Below the pieces are notes generated by a model. It was given only the letters and a program-made list of their open reading frames with translations, searched no databases and was not told the origin of the DNA. The translations under genes were made by a program, and so were the position numbers. From positions 1 through 55,579 of IMG/VR virus record IMGVR_UViG_3300035523_000006: a stretch of DNA of 55,579 nt. One strand, 5' to 3'. Shown piece by piece: positions 18,334-27,449 of the stretch. This stretch comes from a virus (lineage: Duplodnaviria; Caudoviricetes). Every line of letters starts with the position of its first letter. Position 1 is the stretch's first letter.

Positions 18334-19173
18334 ATGAGCGATACCCGACCCGACCCCATTCGACTTCTGCCGGCGCAAGCTGAGCGCGTCGAAACCGGCC
18401 CCGTGCAGTTCGGCGACGACTGGCCCGGCGTGTTCATCCGGGGCGACAACGCATTCGGCTATGCCGGCGTGCTGGACGCGGCTCTTCGCCGTGCGGACGA
18501 TGGAATGGAGCGGGTCATGCTGCAAAGCCTGCGCGATGTGCTGTCCGCGTCCGACCTGACCGGCTTGAGCAAGCGCGCCCCCATTGCTGCACCGCTGGTG
18601 CAGCCCGTAGCGAGCGCCGAGCCGAAGGCGTGGTTGCACGATGACGGCGAGCGCGTGATTCCTGCGCACACCAAGGCAACCGCCCTGCGCGATGGTGGCG
18701 CGTCGGCGTCCTCTGTCGCCGCATTCCGTACAGCGCTTGTGATCGCCGCTCCTGCCACATCTCCGGCAGAACCTGACATCTACCAGTTCCGCGTCAAAGA
18801 CGGCGGCGCGCTATATGGCGGGTGGAACTCCACCGACCGTGGCGGTTACGAGAAGGCGCGAGCGCAGCCAGAGATTGACAAAGTGCGCTCGCTCTACGCC
18901 GCCCCTGTAGCGCAGGCTGCCCCGATAGAGCTGGATCAGAAGTGTCTGCCGAACGGCGTGATGTTCGACGCATTCGGCAACGAGCGCGTGCGCTACGTGC
19001 GCGTTACCTATGACGGCTCGCACCTGATCCTGACACCTGCCGGGGCCGAGGCATGGAAGCGCGAGGCCGAAGCGTCTGCGGCATCCATTGGGCAGACCGA
19101 CCCACACGCCTATTCCGACGTTTATCTCAGCAAGGAGGAAGCAGATGCGCTCCCTGAATTCGATGGATTCTGA
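18334..19173 (+). CDS. mosaic hypothetical protein
   Basis: AAGGA RBS; RVETGPVQFGDDWPGVFIRGDNA segment and Ala/Pro linkers. Confidence 0.6.
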   Translation: MSDTRPDPIRLLPAQAERVETGPVQFGDDWPGVFIRGDNAFGYAGVLDAALRRADDGMERVMLQSLRDVLSASDLTGLSKRAPIAAPLVQPVASAEPKAWLHDDGERVIPAHTKATALRDGGASASSVAAFRTALVIAAPATSPAEPDIYQFRVKDGGALYGGWNSTDRGGYEKARAQPEIDKVRSLYAAPVAQAAPIELDQKCLPNGVMFDAFGNERVRYVRVTYDGSHLILTPAGAEAWKREAEASAASIGQTDPHAYSDVYLSKEEADALPEFDGF

Positions 19174-19552
19174 AGCCGCCGAGGTAGTGCAGGCCGGGGC
19201 GATGGATGAATGGCTGACAGAGGCGGAAATCAAGCGTATCTGGCTGTCGTGCAAGAGCATCGACAACGAAGCGTTTTGCGTGGAGTTCGCTCGCGCCGTC
19301 CTCGCCGCAGCGCAGCCGAAACAGCCGAATACCGAATTGCCTCATTTGACCTCGCACTCCGGCCGCGATGCTACGGCTCGGGATGCTGCGCGATACCACT
19401 GGCTGAGCGCCCGCCTGTTAGCCGCCGACTTCGCGTGGGGTGATCCGCCGCAGCCGGCGCTCGTGTTCGCGTGGCCCAAGGACGTTGCGGTCGGCGGGAA
19501 CTGTGACATGAACATCGACGCCGCGATGCGGGCGGGAGGAAGCCAGAAATGA
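19163..19552 (+). CDS. hypothetical protein
   Basis: RDAARY.WL...IDAAM motif typical of phage early genes. Confidence 0.55.
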   Translation: MDSEAAEVVQAGAMDEWLTEAEIKRIWLSCKSIDNEAFCVEFARAVLAAAQPKQPNTELPHLTSHSGRDATARDAARYHWLSARLLAADFAWGDPPQPALVFAWPKDVAVGGNCDMNIDAAMRAGGSQK

Positions 19553-19770
19553 GCGCCACCAACTACGCCAAGCTGGCCGAAGTGGCGGCCGAACATCACT
19601 CAACGCTCAGTGTGTTCGCCGCCGTCACGGAATTGATGGAGGGCGCGCTGGTGTACGACCCGGCTGCCTATGCGACGGCGCAGCGAATCATCCGGTTGTG
19701 CCGGCAAGAGCGCCAACGGCAGCTGAAGAAGTACGACGCAGCGATTGCAAAACTCAAGGAGTCGAAATGA
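19549..19770 (+). CDS. hypothetical protein
   Basis: ATGA overlap. Confidence 0.5.
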   Translation: MSATNYAKLAEVAAEHHSTLSVFAAVTELMEGALVYDPAAYATAQRIIRLCRQERQRQLKKYDAAIAKLKESK

Positions 19771-19894
19771 GCGCCGAGTTCTGGTTCGGCTTTTTCTATG
19801 GGGCCGCTGCCGTGGCGCTGCCAGTATGCGGCGTGATCGCGTGGCGCGCCAATCAGAGAGTGCAAGAGTGGCTTTCATCAAGCAAGGAGCCGAA

Positions 19895-20365
19895 ATGAGC
19901 GCAGACCAATTCTTTGACGGCGGCTGGTGCTGGATGGCGCATCCTGAATACAACGTCGGCAACCCGATTCCGGTGTTCATGTCCGGGATCGACGGCGAGC
20001 GTTGGTTCTACCCGCTGGACCCGAGCAACGCGGAGGAATGCGATTGGGACCGCCGCGACGACATGTGGGAAATGGTGTCCCAGCCGCATGCCGATCCAGC
20101 CTTCGATACCGAACTGGAACTGTTTGCCGCGCGCGTCCAAGTCAGAAAACTCACCAGCTTGGTGGGAGAACTGATCGCGTCGCGTGAGAGGTGGTTAGCG
20201 GCCATTCGGCAGGCGCGCGATGCGCTGGATGCGCTCTACCGCCACAACGCCGTTACGCGCGGACTTGTTGTTCTGGTTTTCGGAATCACGCACACACGCA
20301 TCGATTCCGCAATCTCGGCCCTCGACGCCGCCATCCAGGCCAGTGCCGCAACCGGGAAGGAGTGA
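19895..20365 (+). CDS. hypothetical protein
   Basis: AAGGAG RBS; ATG at 19895. Confidence 0.55.
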   Translation: MSADQFFDGGWCWMAHPEYNVGNPIPVFMSGIDGERWFYPLDPSNAEECDWDRRDDMWEMVSQPHADPAFDTELELFAARVQVRKLTSLVGELIASRERWLAAIRQARDALDALYRHNAVTRGLVVLVFGITHTRIDSAISALDAAIQASAATGKE

Positions 20366-20368
20366 GCG

Positions 20369-20845
20369 ATGAACGACGTTGACGAAGAATTTACCGCGTC
20401 CAAGTACGGCGGCACGGCAGACGTGGTGATCGCCATGTCCAAGGAAATCCAGCGCCTTCGCGCCCTTCTCGCGCTCCAGACACAGACAGCCCAGCCCGAG
20501 CCGGTATGGTGCAGTTGCGGCGATGGCATCGTCCCCGACACCGGGGCTCTGTGCGGGACTTGTGCATCGCTCGCTACCCCGCTATCAGTGCCGGTGCCAG
20601 CGCAGCCGCAGGGGTGGAAGAGCATCGACACAGCGCCCAAGGACGGGACGCGCGAAATGTTCGTCGTCAAGGCGTTCGGCGTGTCCAACGGATTCACCGG
20701 CGGTAAGCCGTACACCAGCGACCCGTGGTGCGTCTGGCGCGAGTCGGATGGCAGTTTCGCGCGCTGGCCGCATCACTTCGCTCCGACGCACTGGCAACCG
20801 CTCGCCGCCGCTCCTGCTGCTACCGATACGGAGAAACAGCCGTGA
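20369..20845 (+). CDS. DUF551-like early protein
   Basis: WKSIDTAPKDGT...PTHWQPL motif. Confidence 0.65.
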   Translation: MNDVDEEFTASKYGGTADVVIAMSKEIQRLRALLALQTQTAQPEPVWCSCGDGIVPDTGALCGTCASLATPLSVPVPAQPQGWKSIDTAPKDGTREMFVVKAFGVSNGFTGGKPYTSDPWCVWRESDGSFARWPHHFAPTHWQPLAAAPAATDTEKQP

Positions 20846-20914
20846 TCGACGCACTGGCAACCGCTCGCCGCCGCTCCTGCTGCTACCGATACGGAGAAAC
20901 AGCCGTGATCGACG
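20784..20914 (+). repeat. perfect 63-bp tandem duplication
   Basis: 20784-20846 is identical to 20847-20909, then CGACG recurs. Confidence 0.95.
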
Positions 20915-21193
20915 AACTGGAACGACTGGCTCGCGAAGCCGCAGACGAAGCGGGCGGCGATTGGTTCGCCCCTGACTTGATCGAATCAGACGAGCCGATT
21001 CTGCCATCGCGCAAGGCTCGCAGATACATCGCGGCCGCATCGCCAGATGTGGTGGCAAATCTGATCGCGGCGGTGCGGGCAGCGGAGGAATGGACGAGCG
21101 CGGCTGACTCGCCAATCGTGGACATCGAGCGCGCCACCAAGGCCACAACCGGCCCTGCGCGAAGCTCTCGCCGCCTTGGAGAAACAGCCGTGA
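20905..21193 (+). CDS. Ead/Ea22-like protein (apparent +1 frameshift near 21151)
   Basis: IDELERLA...YIAAASPDVV.NLI motif; removing one base gives the ending TTALREALAALEKQP*. Confidence 0.55.
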
Positions 21194-21350
21194 AACAAGC
21201 CCTGAATACTCTGTCGATTCTTCTGCTCGGCTGGCCGTCCCTTATTGCCGGCTATTGCGTGGCAGCGATCCGCTCCGGCTTTGCCACTGGCGTATTCCTG
21301 TACGAACGCGCAGAAACAGCGAATCTCGCCGCTTTGAAGGAACAGCCGAA

Positions 21351-21668
21351 ATGACCGCGAAGCTCGGATTCTGCGAACTGCTGAAGCGCGCCGCCGAAGT
21401 GCTGGAGCAAGAGGCGCAATGCCTGCGCGAATCGCACACGGTCAAGGGCAAATGGCGCGGAGAGTACAGCAAGGACGCACGCGCCGACTACACCGAACTG
21501 CGCGACCTCGCCAAAGCCCTGCGCCGCGCCAGCAAGTACGCCAAGCCCAACCCGATGGGCGGTCCGGCTGCCATCTTCGATGCCTGCGCTGACGCGATCC
21601 GTGCTGGCGAGCCGGTCAAGAGCGCGATGGCCGACTACGGCTTGAGGTTCAGCAAGGAACGTCCGTGA
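21351..21668 (+). CDS. hypothetical protein
   Basis: ATGA overlap. Confidence 0.55.
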   Translation: MTAKLGFCELLKRAAEVLEQEAQCLRESHTVKGKWRGEYSKDARADYTELRDLAKALRRASKYAKPNPMGGPAAIFDACADAIRAGEPVKSAMADYGLRFSKERP

Positions 21669-21908
21669 TCACCTTCACCATTCTCGGCCTGATCGTGTTC
21701 TACATCTGGTGTTTCCAAGCCGGCTACTGGCTTGCCTTCGCCTTGGACGTGCTGGTGCCGATGTGGCTATCCATCAAGGCCAGCGAATCGCACTTGCTGG
21801 CCGTCATTGCCGCGATGTGCCCGCCAGATCCCGGAGCCACTGCATGAAGCGCATCCAAGTCCTTTTATCCTGCATCTGCCCTCCGGGTAAGGGTGCTAAG
21901 GGGGTGAC

Positions 21909-22229
21909 GTGAGCTTCGTCAACTGCAACGGCGAACCTATCGACATGAAGGCGCTCATCGCCAAGGCGCTGGTTCATCGGAAAGTTCTCGGTCCTGACGG
22001 CCGCAAGCGCAAGCCGACGATCCCGAGCGGCTACGCTGCGCTTCCCGGCACCGGCCCCGAGGGCAAGACCTGCCGCGACTGCAAGCACAAGCAGACGCAG
22101 TCCAACACGGGCGCGAAAAGCTGGATCAAGTGCGTGCTGATGCGCGCCGCGTGGACGCACGGGCCGGGCAGCGACATCCGCGCCGGCTCGCCCGCTTGCC
22201 GCCGATTCGAGCCGAAGGGGGTGATGTGA
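21909..22229 (+). CDS. Cys-rich hypothetical protein
   Basis: PGTGPEGKTCRDCKH...KC.LM...DIR...PAC..F pattern. Confidence 0.6.
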   Translation: MSFVNCNGEPIDMKALIAKALVHRKVLGPDGRKRKPTIPSGYAALPGTGPEGKTCRDCKHKQTQSNTGAKSWIKCVLMRAAWTHGPGSDIRAGSPACRRFEPKGVM

Positions 22230-22786
22230 GCGACTTGACCGCCATCAGATCAGACGAAGCCGATGCGCCGAAGCGCCGCAAACGGCCGGATCCGCTCAAG
22301 ATCGAGCCAATGGTTGCGCGGCGAGCAGAGGCGGCGGCAATGCTTGGCGTCAGTGAATTCGTCTTCACGGCTGGCGTTAAGTCCGGGCTCTATCCGGCGC
22401 CGTGCATCGACATCCTGCGTACACAGCGATGGAGCCTGAAGCATCTGCGCGACTTCCTGCATCCGCCAGGACATGCCGTGGCCCCCGTGCCAGTGGCGGC
22501 GAAGGTCAAGTGGCCGCGTATGCCGAGAAGGGTTCCGCTTGGTCCGGGAGTGCAGCACCTGTACCGCCACTTCGACGCAGACGGTCGGCTGCTGTATGTC
22601 GGCGTTTCGCTCAGCGCAATCGGTCGGCTCGCCGAACACAAGCAGGGCGCGGAATGGTTCTGGCTCATCGCCCGGGTGGAAGTCACCGCATACGCCAACC
22701 GTCGCACCGTCCTGAAGGCCGAGCGCATCGCTATCCAGCGCGAGAAGCCGCTGCACAACATCAGACACGCCAAGCGCACAGCATGA
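22226..22786 (+). CDS. excisionase-like HTH fused to a GIY-YIG nuclease
   Basis: AEAAAMLGVSE HTH; LYRHFDADGRLLYVGVS...R..EH...AE..AI.REKP.HN. Confidence 0.75.
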   Translation: MSDLTAIRSDEADAPKRRKRPDPLKIEPMVARRAEAAAMLGVSEFVFTAGVKSGLYPAPCIDILRTQRWSLKHLRDFLHPPGHAVAPVPVAAKVKWPRMPRRVPLGPGVQHLYRHFDADGRLLYVGVSLSAIGRLAEHKQGAEWFWLIARVEVTAYANRRTVLKAERIAIQREKPLHNIRHAKRTA

Positions 22787-23061
22787 AAACCGAACTTGCC
22801 CTCTTACTGGTTCACGCCGGCCCAGTCATACCCGCCGCCGCGATAGCGGAAATGATGCGGATCACCGAGCGCACCCTTGAGAATCGCATCTACGCCAAGG
22901 AGTGCCCGATCCCGATGTTCAAGATCGGGAACAAGTGGGCGGCCCACGTTTCCGACGTGGCCTGCTACATCGACGCTCAGCGCGCGGTCGCTCAGGCCGA
23001 TGTGGACGCTGCGAACGGGGCTGCTATGACAGTGCTACAGACGGCCCGGAAAGCCGCATGA
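22783..23061 (+). CDS. PrtN-like/excisionase-like protein
   Basis: Small HTH protein immediately before attP and int; ATGA overlap. Confidence 0.65.
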   Translation: MKTELALLLVHAGPVIPAAAIAEMMRITERTLENRIYAKECPIPMFKIGNKWAAHVSDVACYIDAQRAVAQADVDAANGAAMTVLQTARKAA

Positions 23062-23065
23062 ACTC

Positions 23066-23134
23066 TCACAATTGCGCCCAATCCATCATGGGTGCAGTGG
23101 ACATGCGCCACCTGTCGGGAGGAATACCGTTCAC
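23066..23134 (-). mobile_element. attP with replacement 5' end of dusA (core about 23078-23095)
   Basis: Minus strand encodes (V/M)NGIPPDRWRMSTAPMMDW-AQL*; APMMDW is the DusA N-terminal motif; flanked by TGCTAC repeats. Confidence 0.8.
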
Positions 23135-23228
23135 TTATAAATCAATGGGTTTGCCGCTTCAGGGCTGCATAAATAGCCAGTATTGGCCACGTCTGTACAC
23201 TCTGCCATTGCTACAGGAGTGCTACGGC

Positions 23229-24230
23229 ATGGCGTCCATCATCCAGATCGGCGGGAAGTGGCGGGCTCAGGTTCGCCGCAAAGGGTTCCCGTACCGTACC
23301 GCAACATTTCCGACCAAGATTCTCGCCGAGAAGTGGGGGCGGCAGGTAGAGCAGGAAATCGACAGCGGGCGGGCCGGGCAGCTCGCGCCCAGTCATGTCA
23401 CCGTAGGCAACCTGATCGAGCGCTACATCGAGGAAATCGGCAGGGTCAAGCCGTTCGGGAAGAACAAGGGGGCCACGCTCAAGCTGATCGACAAGCACCT
23501 CGGCAAGCTGTCGGTGAACGCGCTGACGGCGGAACGGCTGGTGGAGTACATCACCGAGGACCGCCAGATCACGGGCGTGACGGCGGCTATCGACCTGACC
23601 TACATCAAAGGCGTCCTGAAGGTCGCCAGAGCCTTGTGGAAGGTCGGCGTCGTGCCCGGAGTGGTGGAGGATGCCCGCGAGATCCTGAAGTACATGGGGA
23701 TGGCGAACCGCTCCAACGAACGGGACCGCCGGCCGACTGCCGACGAACTGACGAAGTTGCGGGGATGGTTTGCCGAGCGCTCGGAAACGCTCACCGTGGA
23801 TCACATCGATTTCATTCTGGCTTCGTGCTTCCGCCCACCGAGCGAGGTCTGCCGCCTGCGCTGGGAAGACCTGAACGAGCAGGACAAGACGATCCTGATC
23901 CGCGACCGGAAAGACCCGCGCCGCAAGATCGGAAACAACCAGACGGTGCCGCTGCTGCACGGCAGTTTCGACATCATCCAGCGCCAGCCGAAGGGCGGGG
24001 AACTGATCTTCCCGGTGAACGGCAAGAGTTGGAGCAGCCTGTTCCCGCGTGCCTGCGCTGACCTGGGCATCGTGGACTTGACCCTGTACGACCTGCGGCA
24101 TGAGGCGATCAGCCGCCTTGTGGAGTCTGGCAAGTACAGCATCCCGGAAATGATGCTCGTGACAGGCCACAAAGACCCGAAGCAGTTGATGCGGTACACG
24201 CAGCTCAAGGCGCGGGATCTGCACCGATGA
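23229..24230 (+). CDS. int: tyrosine integrase, dusA-associated type
   Basis: MASI....KWRAQVRRKG N-terminus; catalytic R..SE, DLRHEAISR, VTGH, RY; AGGAG RBS. Confidence 0.92.
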   Translation: MASIIQIGGKWRAQVRRKGFPYRTATFPTKILAEKWGRQVEQEIDSGRAGQLAPSHVTVGNLIERYIEEIGRVKPFGKNKGATLKLIDKHLGKLSVNALTAERLVEYITEDRQITGVTAAIDLTYIKGVLKVARALWKVGVVPGVVEDAREILKYMGMANRSNERDRRPTADELTKLRGWFAERSETLTVDHIDFILASCFRPPSEVCRLRWEDLNEQDKTILIRDRKDPRRKIGNNQTVPLLHGSFDIIQRQPKGGELIFPVNGKSWSSLFPRACADLGIVDLTLYDLRHEAISRLVESGKYSIPEMMLVTGHKDPKQLMRYTQLKARDLHR

Positions 24231-24256
24231 ACCGATCAGCACCAATAGGAGCGACG

Positions 24257-24580
24257 ATGGAAGACCGAGAACTACAAGTCAAAACCGTGCAGGCGCTGAC
24301 GAAGCTGGCGCGCGAACTTGCCACCAACGGATCTTGCGGATCAAGTTTCAGTGGCGCCGAAGCCCTTGCAATTTTGCACGATGCCGACGCCCTTCTAGCG
24401 CAACTCCAGAAAGAGGCGCGGCCGGTGAGGATGCTGACACGGGAAGAGTTACACGAACTGGCCGAAACAGTAGGACTCGGCTCCGTTACGGTGCAGCGCA
24501 AGTTCTGCGAAGTGAACAACCTGACCGTCGTTCGTGCTGCCGCAGCCCTTGCGCCAGTACAGACACCGCAGGAGAAGTGA
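24257..24580 (+). CDS. hypothetical protein
   Basis: AGGAG RBS. Confidence 0.55.
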   Translation: MEDRELQVKTVQALTKLARELATNGSCGSSFSGAEALAILHDADALLAQLQKEARPVRMLTREELHELAETVGLGSVTVQRKFCEVNNLTVVRAAAALAPVQTPQEK

Positions 24581-24939
24581 TGACCACCGACACGCCGGAT
24601 ATGCCGGAACTGCCAGAGCCGATCAAGCGTGGCACGGGGAAGCTAGCCGATGAGACGACGGCTGTAGTGCGAGGCCAATTCCAGCACTACTACGATGTGA
24701 TGGGGATGACCGAGGATGACCGCCGCATCATGACAGTGGTCGAGGCGAAGGCATACGCCAGATCCTATGGCGCTGCCTGCATGGAGGCTGGCGCGAAGCT
24801 GGAACGTGAGCGGCTATCCGAAGCGCACGTGCTTCTGGACTCCCTCGCCAATCACCACCTGAGCCGCAACAACCTAGAGCAGTTGGCTGCGGAGTGGGTC
24901 GAGCAATACGACGCTGCAATCCGAAAGGAGCCGCTGTGA
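24580..24939 (+). CDS. hypothetical protein
   Basis: TGATG coupling; PELPEP motif. Confidence 0.55.
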   Translation: MTTDTPDMPELPEPIKRGTGKLADETTAVVRGQFQHYYDVMGMTEDDRRIMTVVEAKAYARSYGAACMEAGAKLERERLSEAHVLLDSLANHHLSRNNLEQLAAEWVEQYDAAIRKEPL

Positions 24940-25298
24940 ACCTGCCTGAACTGCCGCCGCCATATCCGACGATGCGCAATCAAACGCTCGCGGCACAGCG
25001 GAACTTTAGCCCGCTGGAGTTTCTTGCTCAAGGGCAACCGAACGTTGCATACACCGCCGACCAGATGCGCGCCTTCTACGCAGAGGGTTTTCGCGCTGGA
25101 ATGGAGCGAGCCGCCGTGATCGCGTCCGCGCACAGCAAAGAGCCTCTGCACCCAGACGTGCCATTTGCCGATCAGGACGATAAGGTGACGCACATAGCAC
25201 ATTGGCAGGCCCAGAACATCGCCGCTGCCATCCGCACAGAAGCCGCCAGCATAGAAAAACCCGAGAAGCTCTCGCCCAGTGCGAACAACGGCGGCTGA
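24936..25298 (+). CDS. hypothetical protein
   Basis: GTGA coupling; YTADQMRA motif. Confidence 0.55.
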   Translation: MNLPELPPPYPTMRNQTLAAQRNFSPLEFLAQGQPNVAYTADQMRAFYAEGFRAGMERAAVIASAHSKEPLHPDVPFADQDDKVTHIAHWQAQNIAAAIRTEAASIEKPEKLSPSANNGG

Positions 25299-25425
25299 AA
25301 CATGCAAGGAGACGGAATGAAAGGCTTGCTTCTGTTGCTCAACGCGGCGTGCATCGATTGTTGCGCTGACGGCGCGTGAAGCGTAAACCGCGCCTTTGCG
25401 CTTCAGAAACGAGAAAGGTGACGAG

Positions 25426-25749
25426 ATGAGTGACATCAAGCGCGGCGACTACGTTCTCGCCACGAAGTACCACGACGGCGATCCCGGCGACCAATGGTCT
25501 GTCGGCTTCTACGACCGATTCGAGCGGGAGCGCCACTACGTCACGGACGGCAATGGCAACCAGTTTCGCGGCAACGGTTTCCGGCGTGTCTGCAAGATCA
25601 GCGCAGAGCGTGGCGCATGGCTGCTGGCACATGCCAAGGACATCGAATACTCTGGCCGCAGCGTGTGGGGATGGAAGCGGGCGAGCATGAAGGACAACGA
25701 AGAAAACCCGCCCATCCCAGTGAAGGGACAGGCGGGCGAAGGTCGCTGA
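25426..25749 (+). CDS. hypothetical protein
   Basis: AAGGTG RBS. Confidence 0.55.
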   Translation: MSDIKRGDYVLATKYHDGDPGDQWSVGFYDRFERERHYVTDGNGNQFRGNGFRRVCKISAERGAWLLAHAKDIEYSGRSVWGWKRASMKDNEENPPIPVKGQAGEGR

Positions 25750-25819
25750 GCGACTGCGAGATGCGAGATTTTTTGCGAGATGCGCGGGCGCGTTAAAGCC
25801 AGATCAGCGCAGAGTACGG

Positions 25820-26098
25820 CTACAGGTAGATGATCGGCATGTCCAGATCGCACGCAATCGAGTGCTCCCGACGTGCCCCTCTGGACTGCTCCCAATGCGG
25901 CAGGAAGGCTGCGGCCTCGCACGTCACGAGCTGGCCTATCGCCTTGCGCATGTAGCGCCCCCACGACGGCTGATCGGGATTCTCGGCCGGGTTGATGACG
26001 ATGTGCCCCTCGGCGCGCAGTCGCTTCGCAGCAGCAGCGAACTTGGCGCGGTAGCCGTCAAGGTCTGACGAGATCGGGCCGGCGATGTAGATCAGCAT
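25820..26098 (-). CDS. DUF4406 / nucleoside deoxyribosyltransferase-like protein
   Basis: IYIAGP...F..AA..LR..GH.VINPA...YM......L..C....LP.WE.S.GA..E motif. Confidence 0.8.
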   Translation of the reverse strand: MLIYIAGPISSDLDGYRAKFAAAAKRLRAEGHIVINPAENPDQPSWGRYMRKAIGQLVTCEAAAFLPHWEQSRGARREHSIACDLDMPIIYL

Positions 26099-26628
26099 CA
26101 GCGGCTCTCGATGATCCACTGCGCCACTTCGCAGTACCCGGCGGCATCGACCAGCGAATCGCGCTTGGGCTTGTTGATCTGCCGCGACAGCTTCAGGCAG
26201 ACCATGATGTACGCGAGATCCTCCGGTGCCAGCGGTTCGCGCAGCTTGGCGGCAAGCATCGCGTTGACCATGCCCACGGTGCGCGTGTATTCCTCGGCTG
26301 GCGCCCCGTACTGCTCGTTGCGGTCGCCGTGAACCAAGCCCTGCGCTTCGGTCAGCACGCTCACCCTACCCACATTGGGTAGCGACAAACCCACTTCGCC
26401 ATGCCGGTTCTCCGGCGTGATCTGCTCCACCATCGCCTCAAGCGCGGGACTGACAACGCCGTCCGGCTCATGGCGCCTGTCAGGGTTGTCCAGACCGACG
26501 GCGCCAGCCATGCGGTCAGCGCGTTGCGTGAGAAAGTCGTCGTTCATGGTCTCTCCGTCTTGTTTCAGGGCGTGCGCGTCCGGTTTTGGGGCGGCATCCG
26601 TCCGAAATTCGTGGCGTTTTTCGGTCAC
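26098..26628 (-). CDS. DUF6378-domain protein
   Basis: L.EA..LV.GDR..QYG.P....M..LKLSR.......DS.VD.AGY motif. Confidence 0.75.
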   Translation of the reverse strand: MTEKRHEFRTDAAPKPDAHALKQDGETMNDDFLTQRADRMAGAVGLDNPDRRHEPDGVVSPALEAMVEQITPENRHGEVGLSLPNVGRVSVLTEAQGLVHGDRNEQYGAPAEEYTRTVGMVNAMLAAKLREPLAPEDLAYIMVCLKLSRQINKPKRDSLVDAAGYCEVAQWIIESR

Positions 26629-26855
26629 GGCGGCCAAGCCACACCGGCCCAGGTTCCCGCGAAGGTGCCAACGGTCGCCGGCAGGATCAGCCACGGGTCG
26701 GCGGTGTACGAGAGCACGCCGGCAGCGGTCGGCAGGAAGATCGCCACGGCCCACAGTGCGGCAGCGATGGGGGAGTCGTCGCGGACCTTGCGCACGCACA
26801 CTGCCCACGCGAAGTCAGCGACGAACAGGGCGCAGAAGACTGCTAGCCAGGTCAT
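26625..26855 (-). CDS. small multi-pass membrane protein
   Basis: About three hydrophobic segments; coupled at both ends. Confidence 0.65.
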   Translation of the reverse strand: MTWLAVFCALFVADFAWAVCVRKVRDDSPIAAALWAVAIFLPTAAGVLSYTADPWLILPATVGTFAGTWAGVAWPP

Positions 26856-27379
26856 AGGGTGCAGCCTTCGTGTAACCTGCGCTTTGCGGTTAGGTAGGCT
26901 TCGTGGGCCGCATCCGCAGTTCTGAAGCAGCCGAGATTTATCTGCTTTCCATGAACCGTGATCCGCGCATAGAACCATGGCTTACGTGTGTCCTTGCAGA
27001 CGCCCAATAGCCCGGTCAAGCTGTCGCCCCTCGCCCGCAACTGGTTCTGCATGTTGATAGATCGACTTACATCTCTCAAATTTGCGATTCGGTTGTTCGA
27101 CGGATCGCCGTCAATGTGGTCTAAGTGTCTGCTGGGCCATTCGCCGTGGACATAGAGCCACGCTAACCGATGCGCCAAGTACCTCTTTGCGTCGACTTTG
27201 ATCGTGACGTACTTGTCGCTTCTGGTGCACCCAGCTTCCATGCCGGGTTGCGTCCGTCGTGCGGTTCGCAACAGCCAAGTAAAACGGCCGCTGTCTGCGT
27301 CGTAGCGAACGACGCTCTTCAATCGCTCGTGAGTAAGCGGCGCCGTCGATTTGCGAAGGGATAAAATAGCCGAAGCCAT
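26852..27379 (-). CDS. HNH homing endonuclease with AP2-like C-terminus
   Basis: AHRLAWLY..G.WP...DHIDG...NNRI.NLR; LG.F.T...AH.AY..AK..LH. Confidence 0.88.
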   Translation of the reverse strand: MASAILSLRKSTAPLTHERLKSVVRYDADSGRFTWLLRTARRTQPGMEAGCTRSDKYVTIKVDAKRYLAHRLAWLYVHGEWPSRHLDHIDGDPSNNRIANLRDVSRSINMQNQLRARGDSLTGLLGVCKDTRKPWFYARITVHGKQINLGCFRTADAAHEAYLTAKRRLHEGCTL

Positions 27380-27448
27380 CGCTGAACCTCTCAATCAGGT
27401 TTGGTGTTGGTTAGGCCCGGCTTGTGTTACCAGCACTTGTCGGGCCGC
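27374..27448 (+). ncRNA. candidate SymR-like cis-antisense RNA to the HNH gene leader
   Basis: TAAAAT at 27362; transcript covers ATG and RBS, then TGGTTAG and a hairpin with GTGTTACCAGCAC. Confidence 0.5.
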
Positions 27449-27449
27449 T

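Noticed and set aside
22902-23228. Extended 442-aa integrase start
   Set aside because: It runs through the xis-like gene and attP; the RBS and family-type N-terminus point to 23229.
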